Shown here piece by piece: positions 32,025 through 47,000 of a DNA stretch of 64,000 nucleotides. Within the stretch, counting starts at the first letter, position 1; every line of letters begins with the position of its first letter. The stretch comes from Squalus acanthias (lineage: Eukaryota). The stretch is taken from the NCBI GenBank assembly GCA_030390025.1, contig JASTWF010000035.1, positions 620,001-684,000 of the forward strand, read 5' to 3'. Position numbers and translations under genes: made by a program. The notes under the pieces are model-generated. The model ran no database searches, had not been told where the DNA came from, and saw only the letters and a program-made list of their open reading frames with translations.

Positions 32025-35000
32025 CCCTTCACTGTTCTCCTCTCCCTTCACTGTACACCTCACCCTTCACTGTACACCTCTCCCTTCACTGTACACCTCA
32101 CCCTTCACTGTACACCTCTCCCTTCACTGTACACCTCTCCCTTCACTGTACTCCTCTTGCTTCACTGTACACCTCGCCCTTCACTGTACACCTCTCCCTT
32201 CAATGTACTCCTCTTGCTTCACTGTACACCTCGCCCTTCACTGTACACCTCTCCCTTCACTGTACACCTCTCCCTTCACTGTACACCTCTCCCTTCACTG
32301 TACACCTCTCCCTTCACTGTACACCTCTCCCTTCACTGTACACCTCTCCCTTCACTGTACACCTCTCCCTTCACTGTACACCTCCCCTTCACTGTACACC
32401 TCTCCCTTCACTGTACACCTCTCCCTTCACTGTACACCTCTCCCTTCACTGTACACCTCTCCCTTCACTGTACTCCTATCTCTTCACTGTACTCCTCTCC
32501 CTTGACTGTACACCTCTCCCTTGATTGTACCCCTCTCCCTTCACTGTACACCTCTCCCTTCACTGTACACCTCTCCCTTCACTGTACACCTCTCCGATCA
32601 TTGTACACCTCTCCCTTCACTGTACACCTGTCCGCTTCCTGGACACCTCTCCGCTCCCTTTACACATATCTGCTCCCAGTACTCCTCTCCCTTCACTGTA
32701 CTCCTCTCCCTTCACTGTACTCCTCTCCCTTCACTGTACTCCTCTCCATTCACTGTACTCCTCTCCCTTCACTGTACACCTCTCCCTTCACTGTACTCCT
32801 CTCCCTTCACTGTACACCTCTCCCTTCACTGTACTCCTCAACCTTCACTGTACATCTTTCCCTTCACTGTTCACCTCTCCCTTCACTGTACACCTCACCC
32901 TTCAATGTACACCTCTCCCTTCACTGTACACCTCTTCCTTCAATGTACACCTCACCCTTCACTGTACACCTCTCCCTTCACTGTACTCCTCTCCCTTCAG
33001 TGTACTCCTCACCCTTCACTGTACACCTCTCCCTTCACTGTACACCTTTCCCTTCACTGTACACCTCACCCTTCACTGTACACCTTTCCCTTCACTGTAC
33101 TCCTCTCGCTTCACTGCACACCTGTCCCTTCACTGTACACCTCTCCCTTCACTGTACACCTCTCCCTTCATTGTACTCCTCTCCCTTCACTGTACACCTC
33201 TCCCTTCACTGTACACCTCTCCCTTCACTGTACACCTCTCCCTTCACTGTACAGTTCGCCCTTCACTGTACACCTCTCCCTTCACTGCACACCTCTCCCT
33301 TCACTGTACACCTCTCCCTTCACTGTACACCTCTCACTTCACTGTACAGTTCGCCCTTCACTGTACACCTCTCCATTCACTGTACACCTTTCCCTTCACT
33401 GTACACCTCTCCCTTCACTGTTCACCTCTCTTTTCACTGTACAACTCTCCCTTCACTGTACACCTCCCCCTTCACTGTACTCCTCTCCCGTCACTGTACT
33501 CCTCTCCCTTCACTGTACACCTCTCCCTTCACTGTACTCCTCTCCCTTCAATGTACTCCTCTCACTTCAGTGTACTCCTCACCCTTCACTGTACACCTCT
33601 CCCTTCACTGTACTCCTCTCCCTTCAATGTACTCCTCTCCATTCACTGTACTCCTCTCCCTTCACTGTACTCCTCTCCCTTCACTGTACACCTCTTCCTT
33701 CAATGTACACCTCACCCTTCACTGTGCACCTCTCCCTTCACTGTACTCCTCTCCCTTCAATGTACTCCTCTCACTTCAGTGTACTCCTCACCCTTCACTG
33801 TACACCTTTCCCTTCACTGTACTCCTCTCCCTTCACTGTACACCTCTCCCTTCACTGTACACCTCTCCATTCACTGTACTCCTCTCCCTTCACTGTACTC
33901 CTCTCCCTTCACTGTACACCTCTCCCTTCACTGTACTCCTCTCCCTTCTATGTACTCCTCTCCCTTCACTGTACTCCTCACCCTTCACTGTACTCCTCTC
34001 CCTTCACTGTACTCCTCTCCCTTTACTGTACTCCTCTCCCTTCACTGTACACCTCTCCCTTCACTGTACACCTCTCCCTTCACTGTACTCCTCTTCCTTC
34101 ACTGTACACCTCTCCCTTCACTGTACTCCTCTCCCTTCACTGTACTCCTCTCCCTTTACTGTACTCCTCTCCCTTCACTGTACACCTCTCCCTTCACTGT
34201 ACTCCTCTCCCTTCACTGTACTCCTCTCCCTTCACTGTACTCCTCTCCCTTCACTGTACACCTCTCCCTTCACTGTACACCTCTCCCTTCACTGTACACC
34301 TCTCCCTTCACTGTACACCTCTCCCATCACTGTACACCTCTCCCTTCACTGTACACCTCTCCCTTCACTGTACTCCTCTCCCTTCACTGTACACCTCTCC
34401 CTTCACTGTACACCTCTCCCTTCACTGTACTCCTCTCCCTTCACTGTACTCCTCTCCCTTCACTGTACTCCTCTCCCTTCACTGTACACCTCTCCCATCA
34501 CTGTACACCTCTCCCTTCACTGTACACCTCTCCCTTCACTGTACTCCTCTCCCTTCACTGTACACCTCTCCCTTCACTGTACGCCTCTCCCTTCACTGTA
34601 CACCTCTCCCTTCACTGTACTCCTCTCCCTTCACTGTACACCTCTCCCTTCACTGGACATCTCTCCCTTCACTGGACTCCTCTCCCTTCACTGTTCACCT
34701 CTCCCTTCACTGCACACCTCTCCCTTCACTGTAAACCTCTCCCTTCAGTGTACTCCTCACCCTTCACTGTACGCCTCTCCCTTCACTGTACACCTCTCCC
34801 TTCACTGTACTCCTCTCCCTTCACTGTACTCCTCTCCCTTCACTGTACTCCTCTCCCTTCACTGTACTCCTCTCCCTTCACTGTACACCTCTCCCTTCAC
34901 TGTACTCCTCTCTGCTCCCTGTACACCTCTCCACTCCCTGTTCACCTCTCCCTTCGCTGTACACCTCTCCCTTTACTGTACTCCTCTCCCTTCACTGTAC

Positions 35001-38000
35001 TCCTCTCCCTTCGCTGTACACCTCTCCCTTTACTGTACTCCTCTTCCTTCACTGTACACCTCTCCCTTCACTGTACTCCTCTCCCTTCACTGTACTCCTC
35101 TCCCTTTACTGTACTCCTCTCCCTTCACTGTACTCCTCTTCCTTCACTGTACTCCTCTCTCTTCACTGTACTCCTCTCCCTTCACTGTACTCCTCTCCAC
35201 TCCCTGTACACCTCTCCGCTCCCTGTAATCCTCTCCGCTCCCTGTCCACCTCTCCCTTCACTGTACTCCTCTCTCTTCACTGTACACCTCTACCTTGACT
35301 GTACACCTCTCCCTTGACTGTACACCTCTCCCTTCAATGTACACCTCTCCCTTCACTGTACACCTCTCCCTTCACTGTACACCTCTCCCTTCACTGTACA
35401 CCTCTCCCTTAACTGTACTCCTCTCCCTTCACTGTACACCTCTCCCTTCACTGTACTCCTCTCCCTTCAGTGTACTCCTCACCCTTCACTGTACACCTCT
35501 CCACTCCCTGTGCACCTCTCCCTTCGCTGTACACCTCTCCCTTCACTGCACTCCTCTCCCTTCACTGTACTCCTCTGCCTTCACTGTACTCCTCTCTTTT
35601 CACTGTACTCCTCTCCCTTCACTGTACACCTCTCCCTTCACTGTACACCTCTCCATTCACTGTACTCCTCTCCCTTCACTGTACTCCTCTCCCTTCACTG
35701 TACACCTCTTCCTTCAATGTACACCTCACCCTTCACTGTGCACCTCTCCCTTCACTGTACTCCTCTCCCTTCAATGTACTCCTCTCACTTCAGTGTACTC
35801 CTCACCCTTCACTGTACACCTTTCCCTTCACTGTACTCCTCTCCCTTCACTGTACACCTCTCCCTTCACTGTACACCTCTCCATTCACTGTACTCCTCTC
35901 CCTTCACTGTACTCCTCTCCCTTCACTGTACACCTCTCCCTTCACTGTACTCCTCTCCCTTCTATGTACTCCTCTCCCTTCACTGTACTCCTCACCCTTC
36001 ACTGTACTCCTCTCCCTTCACTGTACTCCTCTCCCTTTACTGTACTCCTCTCCCTTCACTGTACACCTCTCCCTTCACTGTACACCTCTCCCTTCACTGT
36101 ACTCCTCTTCCTTCACTGTACACCTCTCCCTTCACTGTACTCCTCTCCCTTCACTGTACTCCTCTCCCTTACTGTACTCCTCTCCCTTCACTGTACACCT
36201 CTCCCTTCACTGTACACCTCTCCCTTCACTGTACTCCTCTCCCTTCACTGTACTCCTCTCCCTTCACTGTACTCCTCTCCCTTCACTGTACACCTCTCCC
36301 ATCACTGTACACCTCTCCCTTCACTGTACACCTCTCCCTTCACTGTACTCCTCTCCCTTCACTGTACACCTCTCCCTTCACTGTACGCCTCTCCCTTCAC
36401 TGTACACCTCTCCCTTCACTGTACTCCTCTCCCTTCACTGTACACCTCTCCCTTCACTGTACATCTCTCCCTTCACTGTACTCCTCTCCCTTCACTGTTC
36501 ACCTCTCCCTTCACTGCACACCTCTCCCTTCACTGTAAACCTCTCCCTTCAGTGTACTCCTCACCCTTCACTGTACGCCTCTCCCTTCACTGTACACCTC
36601 TCCCTTCACTGTACTCCTCTCCCTTCACTGTACTCCTCTCCCTTCACTGTACTCCTCTCCCTTCACTGTACTCCTCTCCCTTCACTGTACACCTCTCCCT
36701 TCACTGTACTCCTCTCTGCTCCCTGTACACCTCTCCACTCCCTGTTCACCTCTCCCTTCGCTGTACACCTCTCCCTTTACTGTACTCCTCTCCCTTCACT
36801 GTACTCCTCTCCCTTCGCTGTACACCTCTCCCTTTACTGTACTCCTCTTCCTTCACTGTACACCTCTCCCTTCACTGTACTCCTCTCCCTTCACTGTACT
36901 CCTCTCCCTTTACTGTACTCCTCTCCCTTCACTGTACTCCTCTTCCTTCACTGTACTCCTCTCTCTTCACTGTACTCCTCTCCCTTCACTGTACTCCTCT
37001 CCACTCCCTGTACACCTCTCCGCTCCCTGTAATCCTCTCCGCTCCCTGTCCACCTCTCCCTTCACTGTACTCCTCTCTCTTCACTGTACACCTCTACCTT
37101 GACTGTACACCTCTCCCTTGACTGTACACCTCTCCCTTCAATGTACACCTCTCCCTTCACTGTACACCTCTCCCTTCACTGTACACCTCTCCCTTCACTG
37201 TACACCTCTCCCTTAACTGTACTCCTCTCCCTTCACTGTACACCTCTCCCTTCACTGTACTCCTCTCCCTTCAGTGTACTCCTCACCCTTCACTGTACAC
37301 CTCTCCACTCCCTGTGCACCTCTCCCTTCGCTGTACACCTCTCCCTTCACTGCACTCCTCTCCCTTCACTGTACTCCTCTGCCTTCACTGTACTCCTCTC
37401 TTTTCACTGTACTCATCTCCCTTCACTGTACACCTCTCGGCACCCTGTAATCCTCTCCGCTTCCTGTCAACCTCTCCCTTCACTGTTCACCTCTCCCTTG
37501 ACTGTACACCTCTCCCTTCAATGTACTCCTCTCCCTTCACTGTACACCTCTCCCTTCACTGTACACCTCTCCCTTCACTGTACACCTATCCGCTCCCTGT
37601 ACATCTCTCCATTCACTGTGCACCGCTCCCTTCACTGTACACCTCTCTCTTCACTGTGCTCCTCTCCCTTCACTGTACAGTTCGCCCTTCACTGTGCACC
37701 TCTCCCTTCACTGCACAGCTCTCCCTTCACTGAACACCTCTCCCTTCACTGTACACCTCTCCCTTCACTGTACAGTTCGCCCTTCACTGTACACCTCTCC
37801 ATTCACTGTACACCTTTCCCTTCACTGTAAACCTCTCCCTTCACTGTTCACCTCTCCCTTCACTGTACAACTCTCCCTTCACTGTACCCCTCCCCCTTCA
37901 CTGCACTCCTCTCCCTTCACTGTACACCTCTCCCTTCACTGTACTCCTCTCCCTTCACTGTACTCCTCTCCCTTCACTGTACTCCTCTCCCTTCACTGTA

Positions 38001-41000
38001 CTCCTCTCCCTTCACTGTACACCTCCCCCTTCACTGCACTCCTCTCCCTTCACTGTACACCTCTCCCTTCACTGTACACCTCTCCCTTCACTGTACTCCT
38101 CTCCCTTCACTATACACCTCTCCCTTCACTGTACTCCTCTCCCTTCACTGTACACCTCTCCCTTCACTGTACACCTCTCCCTTCACTGTACTCCTCTCCC
38201 TTCACTGTACACCTCTCCCTTCACTGTACTCCTCTCCCTTCAGTGTACTCCTCACCCTTCACTGTACACCTTGCCCTTCACTGTTCACCTCTCCCTTCAC
38301 TGTACACCTCACCCTTCACTGTACACCTCTCCCTTCACTGTACACCTCTTCCTTCAATGTACACCTCACCCTTCACTGTACACCTCTCCCTTCACTGTAC
38401 TCCTCTCCCTTCAATGTACTCCTCTCCCTTCAGTGTAATCCTCACCGTTCACTGTACACCTTTCCCTTCACTGTACTCCTCTCCCTTCACTCTACACCTC
38501 TCCCTTCACTGTACACCTCTCCATTCACTGTACTCCTCTCCCTTCACTGTACTCCTCTCCCTTCACTGTACTCCTCACCCTTCACTGTACACCTCTCCCT
38601 TCACTGTTCACCTCTCCCTTCACTGTACTCCTCTCCCTTCACTGTACTCCTCTCCCTTCACTGTACTCCTCTCCCTTCACTGTACACCTCTCCCTTCACT
38701 GTACACCTCTCCCTTCACTGTACTCCTCTCCCTTCACTGTACTCCTCTCCCTTCACTGTACTCCTCTCCCTTCACTGTACACCTCTCCCTTCACTGTACA
38801 CCTCTCCCTTCACTGTACTCCTCTCCCTTCACTGTACACCTCTCCCTTCACTGTACACCTCTCCCTTCACTGTACTCCTCTCCCTTCACTGTACACCTCT
38901 CCCTTCACTGTACACCTCTCCCTTCACTGTACTCCTCTCCCTTCACTGTACACCTCTCCCTTCACTGTACACCTCTCCCTTCACTGTACACCTCTCCCTT
39001 CACTGTACACCTCTCCCTTCACTGTACTCCTCTCCCTTCACTGTAAACCTCTCCCTTCAGTGTACTCCTCACCCTTCACTGTACGCCTCTCCCTTCACTG
39101 TACACCTCTCCCTTCACTGTACTCCTCTCCCTTCACTGTACTCCTCTCCCTTCACTGTACTCCTCTCCCTTCACTGTACACCTCTCCCTTCACTGTACTC
39201 CTCTCTGCTCCCTGTACACCTCTCCACTCCCTGTACACCTCTCCCTTCGCTGTACACCTCTCCCTTTACTGTACTCCTCTCCCTTCACTGTACTCCTCTC
39301 CCTTCGCTGTACACCTCTCCCTTTACTGTACTCCTCTTCCTTCACTGTACACCTCTCCCTTCACTGTACTCCTCTCCCTTCACTGTACTCCTCTCCCTTC
39401 ACTGTACACCTCTCCCTTCACTGCACACCTCTAACTTCACTGTACACCTCTCCCTTCACTGTACGCCACTCCCTTCACTGCACACCTCTAACTTCACTGT
39501 ACACCTCTCCCTTCACTGTACGCCACTCCCTTCACTGTGCACCTTGCCCTTCACTGTACACCTCTCCCTTCACTGTACTCCTCTCCCTTCACTGTACTCC
39601 TCTCCCTTCACTGTACACCTCTCCCTTCAGTGTACTACTCTCTCTTCAGTGTACTCCTCTCTCTTCACTGTACTCCTCTCCCTTCACTGTACTTCTTTCC
39701 CTTCACTGTACACCTCTCAATTCACTGTTCACCTCTCCCTTCACTGTACACCTCTCCCTTCACTGTACACCTCTCCCTTCAGTGTACTACTCTCTCTTCA
39801 GTGTACTCCTCTCTCTTCACTGTACTCCTCTCCCTTCACTGTACTTCTTTCCCTTCACTGTACACCTCTCCCTTCACTGTACACCTCTCCCTTCACTGCA
39901 AACCTCTCCCTTCACTGTACACCTCTCCCTTCACTGTACTCCTCTCCCTTCACTGTAGTCCTCTCCCTTCGCTGTACTCCTCTCCCTTCACTGTACTCCT
40001 CTCCCTTCACTGTACACCTCTCCCTTCACTGTACTCCCCTCCCTTCACTGTAGTCCTCTCCCTTCACTGTACTCCTCTCCCTTCACTGTACTCCTCTCCC
40101 TTCACTGTACTCCTCTCCCTTCAATGTACTCCTCTCCCTTCACTGTACACCTCTCCCTTCACTGTACTCCTCTCCGCTCCCTGTACACCTCTCCACTCCC
40201 TGTACACCTCTCCCTTCGCTGTACTCCTCTCCCTTCACTGTACACCTCTCCCTTCACTGTACTCCTCTGCCTTCACTGTACACCTCTCCCTTCACTGTAC
40301 TCCTCTCCCTTCACTGTACTCCTCTCCCTTCACTGTACTCCTCTCCCTTCACTGTACTCCTCTCCCTTCACTGTACACCTCTCCCTTCACTGTACACCTC
40401 TCCCTTCACTGTACACCTCTCCCTTCACTGTACACCTCTCCCTTCACTGTACTCCTCTCCCTTCACTGTAAACCTCTCCCTTCACTGTACTCCTCACCCT
40501 TCACTGTACTCCTCTCCCTTCACTGTACACCTCTCCCTTCACTGTACTCCTCTCCCTTCACTGTACTCCTCTCCCTTCACTGTACTCCTCTCCCTTCACT
40601 GTACACCTCTCCCTTCACTGTACTCCTCTCTGCTCCCTGTACACCTCTCCACTCCCTGTACACCTCTCCCTTCGCTGTACACCTCTCCCTTTACTGTACT
40701 CCTCTCCCTTCACTGTACTCCTCTCCCTTCGCTGTACACCTCTCCCTTTACTGTACTCCTCTTCCTTCACTGTACACCTCTCCCTTCACTGTACTCCTCT
40801 CCCTTCACTGTACTCCTCTCCCTTCACTGTACACCTCTCCCTTCACTGCACACCTCTAACTTCACTGTACACCTCTCCCTTCACTGTACGCCACTCCCTT
40901 CACTGCACACCTCTAACTTCACTGTACACCTCTCCCTTCACTGTACGCCACTCCCTTCACTGTGCACCTTGCCCTTCACTGTACACCTCTCCCTTCACTG

Positions 41001-44000
41001 TACTCCTCTCCCTTCACTGTACTCCTCTCCCTTCACTGTACACCTCTCCCTTCACTGTACTACTCTCCTTCACTGTACTCCTCTCCCTTCACTGTACTCC
41101 TCTCCCTTCACTGTACTCCTCTCCCTTCACTGTACACCTCTCCCTTCACTGTACACCTCTCCCTTCACTGTACACCTCTCCCTTCACTGTACACCTCTCC
41201 CTTCACTGTACTCCTCTCCCTTCACTGTACTCCTCTCCCTTCACTGTACTCCTCTCCCTTCACTGTACTCCTCTCCCTTCACTGTACACCTCTCCCTTCA
41301 CTGTACACCTCTCCCTTCACTGTACACCTCTCCCTTCACTGTACACCTCTCCCTTCACTGTACTCCTCTCCCTTCACTGTACTCCTCTCCCTTCACTGTA
41401 CTCCTCTCCCTTCACTGTACTCCTCTCCCTTCACTGTACTCCTCTCCCTTCACTGTACTCCTCTCCCTTCACTGTACTCCTCTCCCTTCACTGTACACCT
41501 CTCCCTTCACTGTACACCTCTCCCTTCACTGTACACCTCTCCCTTCACTGTACACCTCTCCCTTCACTGTACTCCTCTCCCTTCACTGTACTCCTCTCCC
41601 TTCACTGTACACCTCTCCCTTCACTGTACTCCTCTCCCTTCACTGTACTCCTCTCCCTTCACTGTACTCCTCTCCCTTCACTGTACTCCTCTCCCTTCAC
41701 TGTACTCCTCTCCCTTCACTGTACACCTCTCCCTTCACTGTACACCTCTCCCTTCACTGTACTCCTCTCCCTTCACTGTACTCCTCTCCCTTCACTGTAC
41801 TCCTCTCCCTTCACTGTACACCTCTCCCTTCACTGTACACCTCTCCCTTCACTGTACTCCTCTCCCTTCACTGTACTCCTCTCCCTTCACTGTACTCCTC
41901 TCCCTTCACTGTACTCCTCTCCCTTCACTGTACTCCTCTCCCTTCACTGTACTCCTCTCCCTTCACTGTACTCCTCTCCCTTCACTGTACTCCTCTCCCT
42001 TCACTGTACTCCTCTCCCTTCACTGTACTCCTCTCCCTTCACTGTACTCCTCTCCCTTCACTGTACACCTCTCCCTTCACTGTACTCCTCTCCCTTCACT
42101 GTACTCCTCTCCCTTCACTGTACTCCTCTCCCTTCACTGTACTCCTCTCCCTTCACTGTACTCCTCTCCCTTCACTGTACACCTCTCCCTTCACTGTACT
42201 CCTCTCCCTTCACTGTACTCCTCTCCCTTCACTGTACTCCTCTCCCTTCACTGTACTCCTCTCCCTTCACTGTACACCTCTCCCTTCACTGTACTCCTCT
42301 CCCTTCACTGTACTCCTCTCCCTTCACTGTACTCCTCTCCCTTCACTGTACTCCTCTCCCTTCACTGTACACCTCTCCCTTCACTGTACTCCTCTCCCTC
42401 ACTGTACACCTCTCCACTCCCTGTACACCTCTCCCTTCACTGTACTCCTCTCCCTTCACTGTACACCTCTCCCTTCACTGTACTCCTCTCCCTTCACTGT
42501 ACACCTCTCCCTTCACTGTACTCCTCTGCCTTCACTGTACACCTCTCCCTTCACTGTACTCCTCTCCCTTCGCTGTACTCCTCTCCCTTCACTGTACACC
42601 TCTCCCTTCACTGTACTCCTCTCTTTTCACTGTACTCATCTCCCTTCACTGTACACCTCTCCGCTCCCTGTAATCCTCTCCACTTCCTGTCCACCTCTCC
42701 CTTCGCTGTACACCTCTCCCTTCACTGTACTCCTCTCCCTTCACTGTACTCCTCTCCCTTCACTGTAGTCCTCTCCCTTCACTGTACACCTCTCCCTTCA
42801 CTGTACTCCTCTCCGCTCCCTGTACACCTCTCCACTCGCTGTACACCTCTCCCTTCGCTGTACACCTCTCCCTTCACTGTACTCATCTCCCTTCACTGTA
42901 CACCTCTCGGCTCCCTGTAATCCTCTCCGCTTCCTATCCACCTCTCCCTTCACTGTTCACCTCTCCCTTGACTGTACACATCTCCCTTCAATGTACTCCT
43001 CTCCCTTCACTGTACACCTCTCCCTTCACTGTACACCTCTCCCTTCACTGTACACCTATCCCTTCCCTGTACATCTCTCCCTTCACTGTACACCTCTCCC
43101 TTCACTGTACACCTCTCCTTCACTGTACTCCTCTCCCTTCACTGTACACCTCTCCCTTCACTGTACAGCTCTCCCTTCACTGTACACCTCTCCCTTCACT
43201 GTACACCTCTCCCTTCACTGTACACCTCTCCCTTCACTGTACACCTCTCCCTTCACTGTACACCTCTCCCTTCACTGTACACCTCTCCCTTCACTGTACC
43301 CTCTCCCCTTCACTGTACACCTCTCCCTTCACTGTACACCTCTCCCTTCACTGTACTCCTCTCCCTTCACTGTACACCTCTCCCTTCACTGTACTCCTCT
43401 CCCTTCACTGTACACCTCTCCCTTCACTGTACTCCTCTCCCTTCACTGTACACCTCTCCCTTCACTGTACACCTCTCCCTTCACTGTACACCTCTCCCTT
43501 AACTGTACTCCTCTCCCTTCACTGTACACCTCTCCCTTCACTGTACTCCTCTCCCTTCAGTGTACTCCTCACCCTTCACTGTACACCTTGCCCTTCACTG
43601 TTCACCTCTCCCTTCACTGTACACCTCACCCTTCACTGTACACCTCTCACTTCACTGTACACCTCTTCCTTCAATGTACACCTCACCCTTCACTGTACAC
43701 CTCTCCCTTCACTGTACTCCTCTCCCTTCAATGTACTCCTCTCCCTTCAGTGTACTCCTCACCGTTCACTGTACACCTTTCCCTTCACTGTACTCCTCTC
43801 CCTTCACTCTACACCTCTCCCTTCACTGTACACCTCTCGATTCACTGTACTCCTCTCCCTTCACTGTACTCCTCTCCCTTCACTGTACTCCTCACCCTTC
43901 ACTGTACACCTTTCCCTTCACTGTTCACCTCTCCCTTCACTGTACTCCTCTCCCTTCACTGTACTCCTCTCCCTTTACTGTACTCCTCTCCCTTCACTGT

Positions 44001-47000
44001 ACACCTCTCCCTTCACTGTACACCTCTCCCTTCACTGTACTCCTCTCCCTTCACTGTACTCCTCTCCCTTCACTGTACTCCTCTCCCTTCACTGTACACC
44101 TCTCCCTTCACTGTACACCTCTCCCTTCACTGTACTCCTCTCCCTTCACTGTACACCTCTCCCTTCACTGTACACCTCTCCCTTCACTGTACACCTCTCC
44201 CTTCACTGTACTCCTCTCTCTTCACTGTACACCTCTCCCTTCACTGTACACCTCTCCCTTCACTGTACTCCTCTCCCTTCACTGTACACCTCTCCCTTCA
44301 CTGTACGCCTCTCCCTTCACTGTACACCTCTCCCTTCACTGTACTCCTCTCCCTTCACTGTACACCTCTCCCTTCACTGTACATCTCTCCCTTCACTGGA
44401 CTCCTCTCCCTTCACTGTTCACCTCTCCCTTCACTGCACACCTCTCCCTTCACTGTAAACCTCTCCCTTCAGTGTACTCCTCACCCTTCACTGTACGCCT
44501 CTCCCTTCACTGTACACCTCTCCCTTCACTGTACTCCTCTCCCTTCACTGTACTCCTCTCCCTTCACTGTACTCCTCTCCCTTCACTGTACTCCTCTCCC
44601 TTCACTGTACACCTCTCCCTTCACTGTACTCCTTTCTGCTCCCTGTACACCTCTCCACTCCCTGTGCACCTCTCCCTTCGCTGTACACCTCTCCCTTTAC
44701 TGTACTCCTCTCCCTTCACTGTACTCCTCTCCCTTCGCTGTACACCTCTCCCTTTACTGTACTCCTCTTCCTGCACTGTACACCTCTCCCTTCACTGTAC
44801 TCCTCTCCCTTCACTGTACTCCTCTCCCTTTACTGTACTCCTCTCCCTTCACTGTACTCCTCTTCCTTCAATGTACACCTCTCCCTTCACTGTACACCTC
44901 TCCCTTCACTGTACACCTCTCCGCTCACTGTACTCCTCTCCCTTCACTGTACTCCTCTCCCTTCACTGTACTCCTCTCTCTTCACTGTACTCCTCTACCT
45001 TGACTGTACACCTCTCCCTTGACTGTACACCTCTCCCTTCAATGTACACCTCTCCCTTCACTGTACACCTCTCCCTTCACTGTACACCTCTCCGCTCACT
45101 GTACTCCTCTCCCTTCACTGTACTCCTCTTCCTTCACTGTACTCCTCTCCGCTCCCTGTACACCTCTCCGCTCCCTGTAATCCTCTCCGCTCCCTGTCCA
45201 CCTCTCCCTTCACTGTACTCCTCTCTCTTCACTGTACTCCTCTACCTTGACTGTACTCCTCTACCTTGACTGTACACCTCTCCCTTCACTGTACACCTCT
45301 CCCTTCACTGTACTCCTCTCCCTTCACTGTACACCTCTCCCTTCACTGTACTCCTCTCCCTTCACTGTACACCTCTCCCTTACTGTACTCCTCTCCTTCA
45401 CTGTACACCTCTCCCTTCACTGTACTCCTCTCCCTTCACTGTACTCCTCTCCCTTCACTGTACTCCTCTCCCTTCACTGTACTCCTCTCCTTCACTGTAC
45501 TCCTCTCCGCTCCCTGTACACCTCTCCGCTCCCTGTAATCCTCTCCGCTCCCTGTCCACCTCTCCCTTCACTGTACTCCTCTCTCTTCACTGTACTCCTC
45601 TACCTTGACTGTACACCTCTCCCTTGACTGTACTCCTCTCCCTTCACTGTACTCCTCTCCCTTCGCTGTACACCTCTCCCTTTACTGTACTCCTCTTCCT
45701 GCACTGTACACCTCTCCCTTCACTGTACTCCTCTCCCTTCACTGTACTCCTCTCCCTTTACTGTACTCCTCTCTCTTCACTGTACTCCTCTCCCTTCACT
45801 GTACTCCTCTCCGCTCCCTGTACACCTCTCCGCTCCCTGTAATCCTCTCCGCTCCCTGTCCACCTCTCCCTTCACTGTACTCCTCTCTCTTCACTGTACT
45901 CCTCTACCTTGACTGTACACCTCTCCCTTGACTGTACACCTCTCCCTTCAATGTACACCTCTCCCTTCACAGTACACCTCTCGCTACACTGTACACCTCT
46001 CTCTTCACTGTATTCCTCTCCCTTCACTGTGCACCTCTCCCTTCACTGTACACCTCTCCATTCACTGTACACCTCTCCTTCACTGTTCTCCTCTCCCTTC
46101 ACTGTACACCTTCCCTTCACTGAACACCTCTCCCTTCACTGTACTCCTCTCCCTTCACTGTACTCCTCTCCCTTCACTGTACACCTCTCCCTTCACTGTA
46201 CACCTCTCCCTTCACTGTACACCTTCCCTTCACTGTACACCTCTCCCTTCACTGTACACCTTCCCTTCACTGTACACCTCTCCCTTCACTGTACACCTCT
46301 CCCTTCACTGTACTCCTCTCCCTTCACTGTACACCTCTCCCTTCACTGTACTCCTCTCCTTCACTGTACACCTCTCCCTTCACTGTACACCTCTCCCTTC
46401 ACTGTAAACCTCTCCCTTCACTGTACACCTCTCCCTTCACTGTACTCCTCTCCCTTCACTGTACTCCTCTCCCTTCACTGTACTCCTCTCCCTTAACTGT
46501 ACACCTCTCCCTTCACTGTACTCCTCTCCCTTCACTGTAGTCCTCTCCCTTCACTGTACTCCTCTCCCTTCACTGTACTCCTCTCCCTTCGCTGTACACC
46601 TCTCCCTTTACTGTACTCCTCTTCCTGCACTGTACACCTCTCCCTTCACTGTACTCCTCTCCCTTCACTGTACTCCTCTCCCTTTACTGTACTCCTCTCC
46701 CTTCACTGTACTCCTCTTCCTTCAATGTACACCTCTCCCTTCACTGTACACCTCTCCCTTCACTGTACACCTCTCCGCTCACTGTACTCCTCTCCCTTCA
46801 CTGTACTCCTCTCCCTTCACTGTACTCCTCTCTCTTCACTGTACTCCTCTACCTTGACTGTACACCTCTCCCTTGACTGTACACCTCTCCCTTCAATGTA
46901 CACCTCTCCCTTCACTGTACACCTCTCCCTTCACTGTACACCTCTCCGCTCACTGTACTCCTCTCCCTTCACTGTACTCCTCTTCCTTCACTGTACTCCT

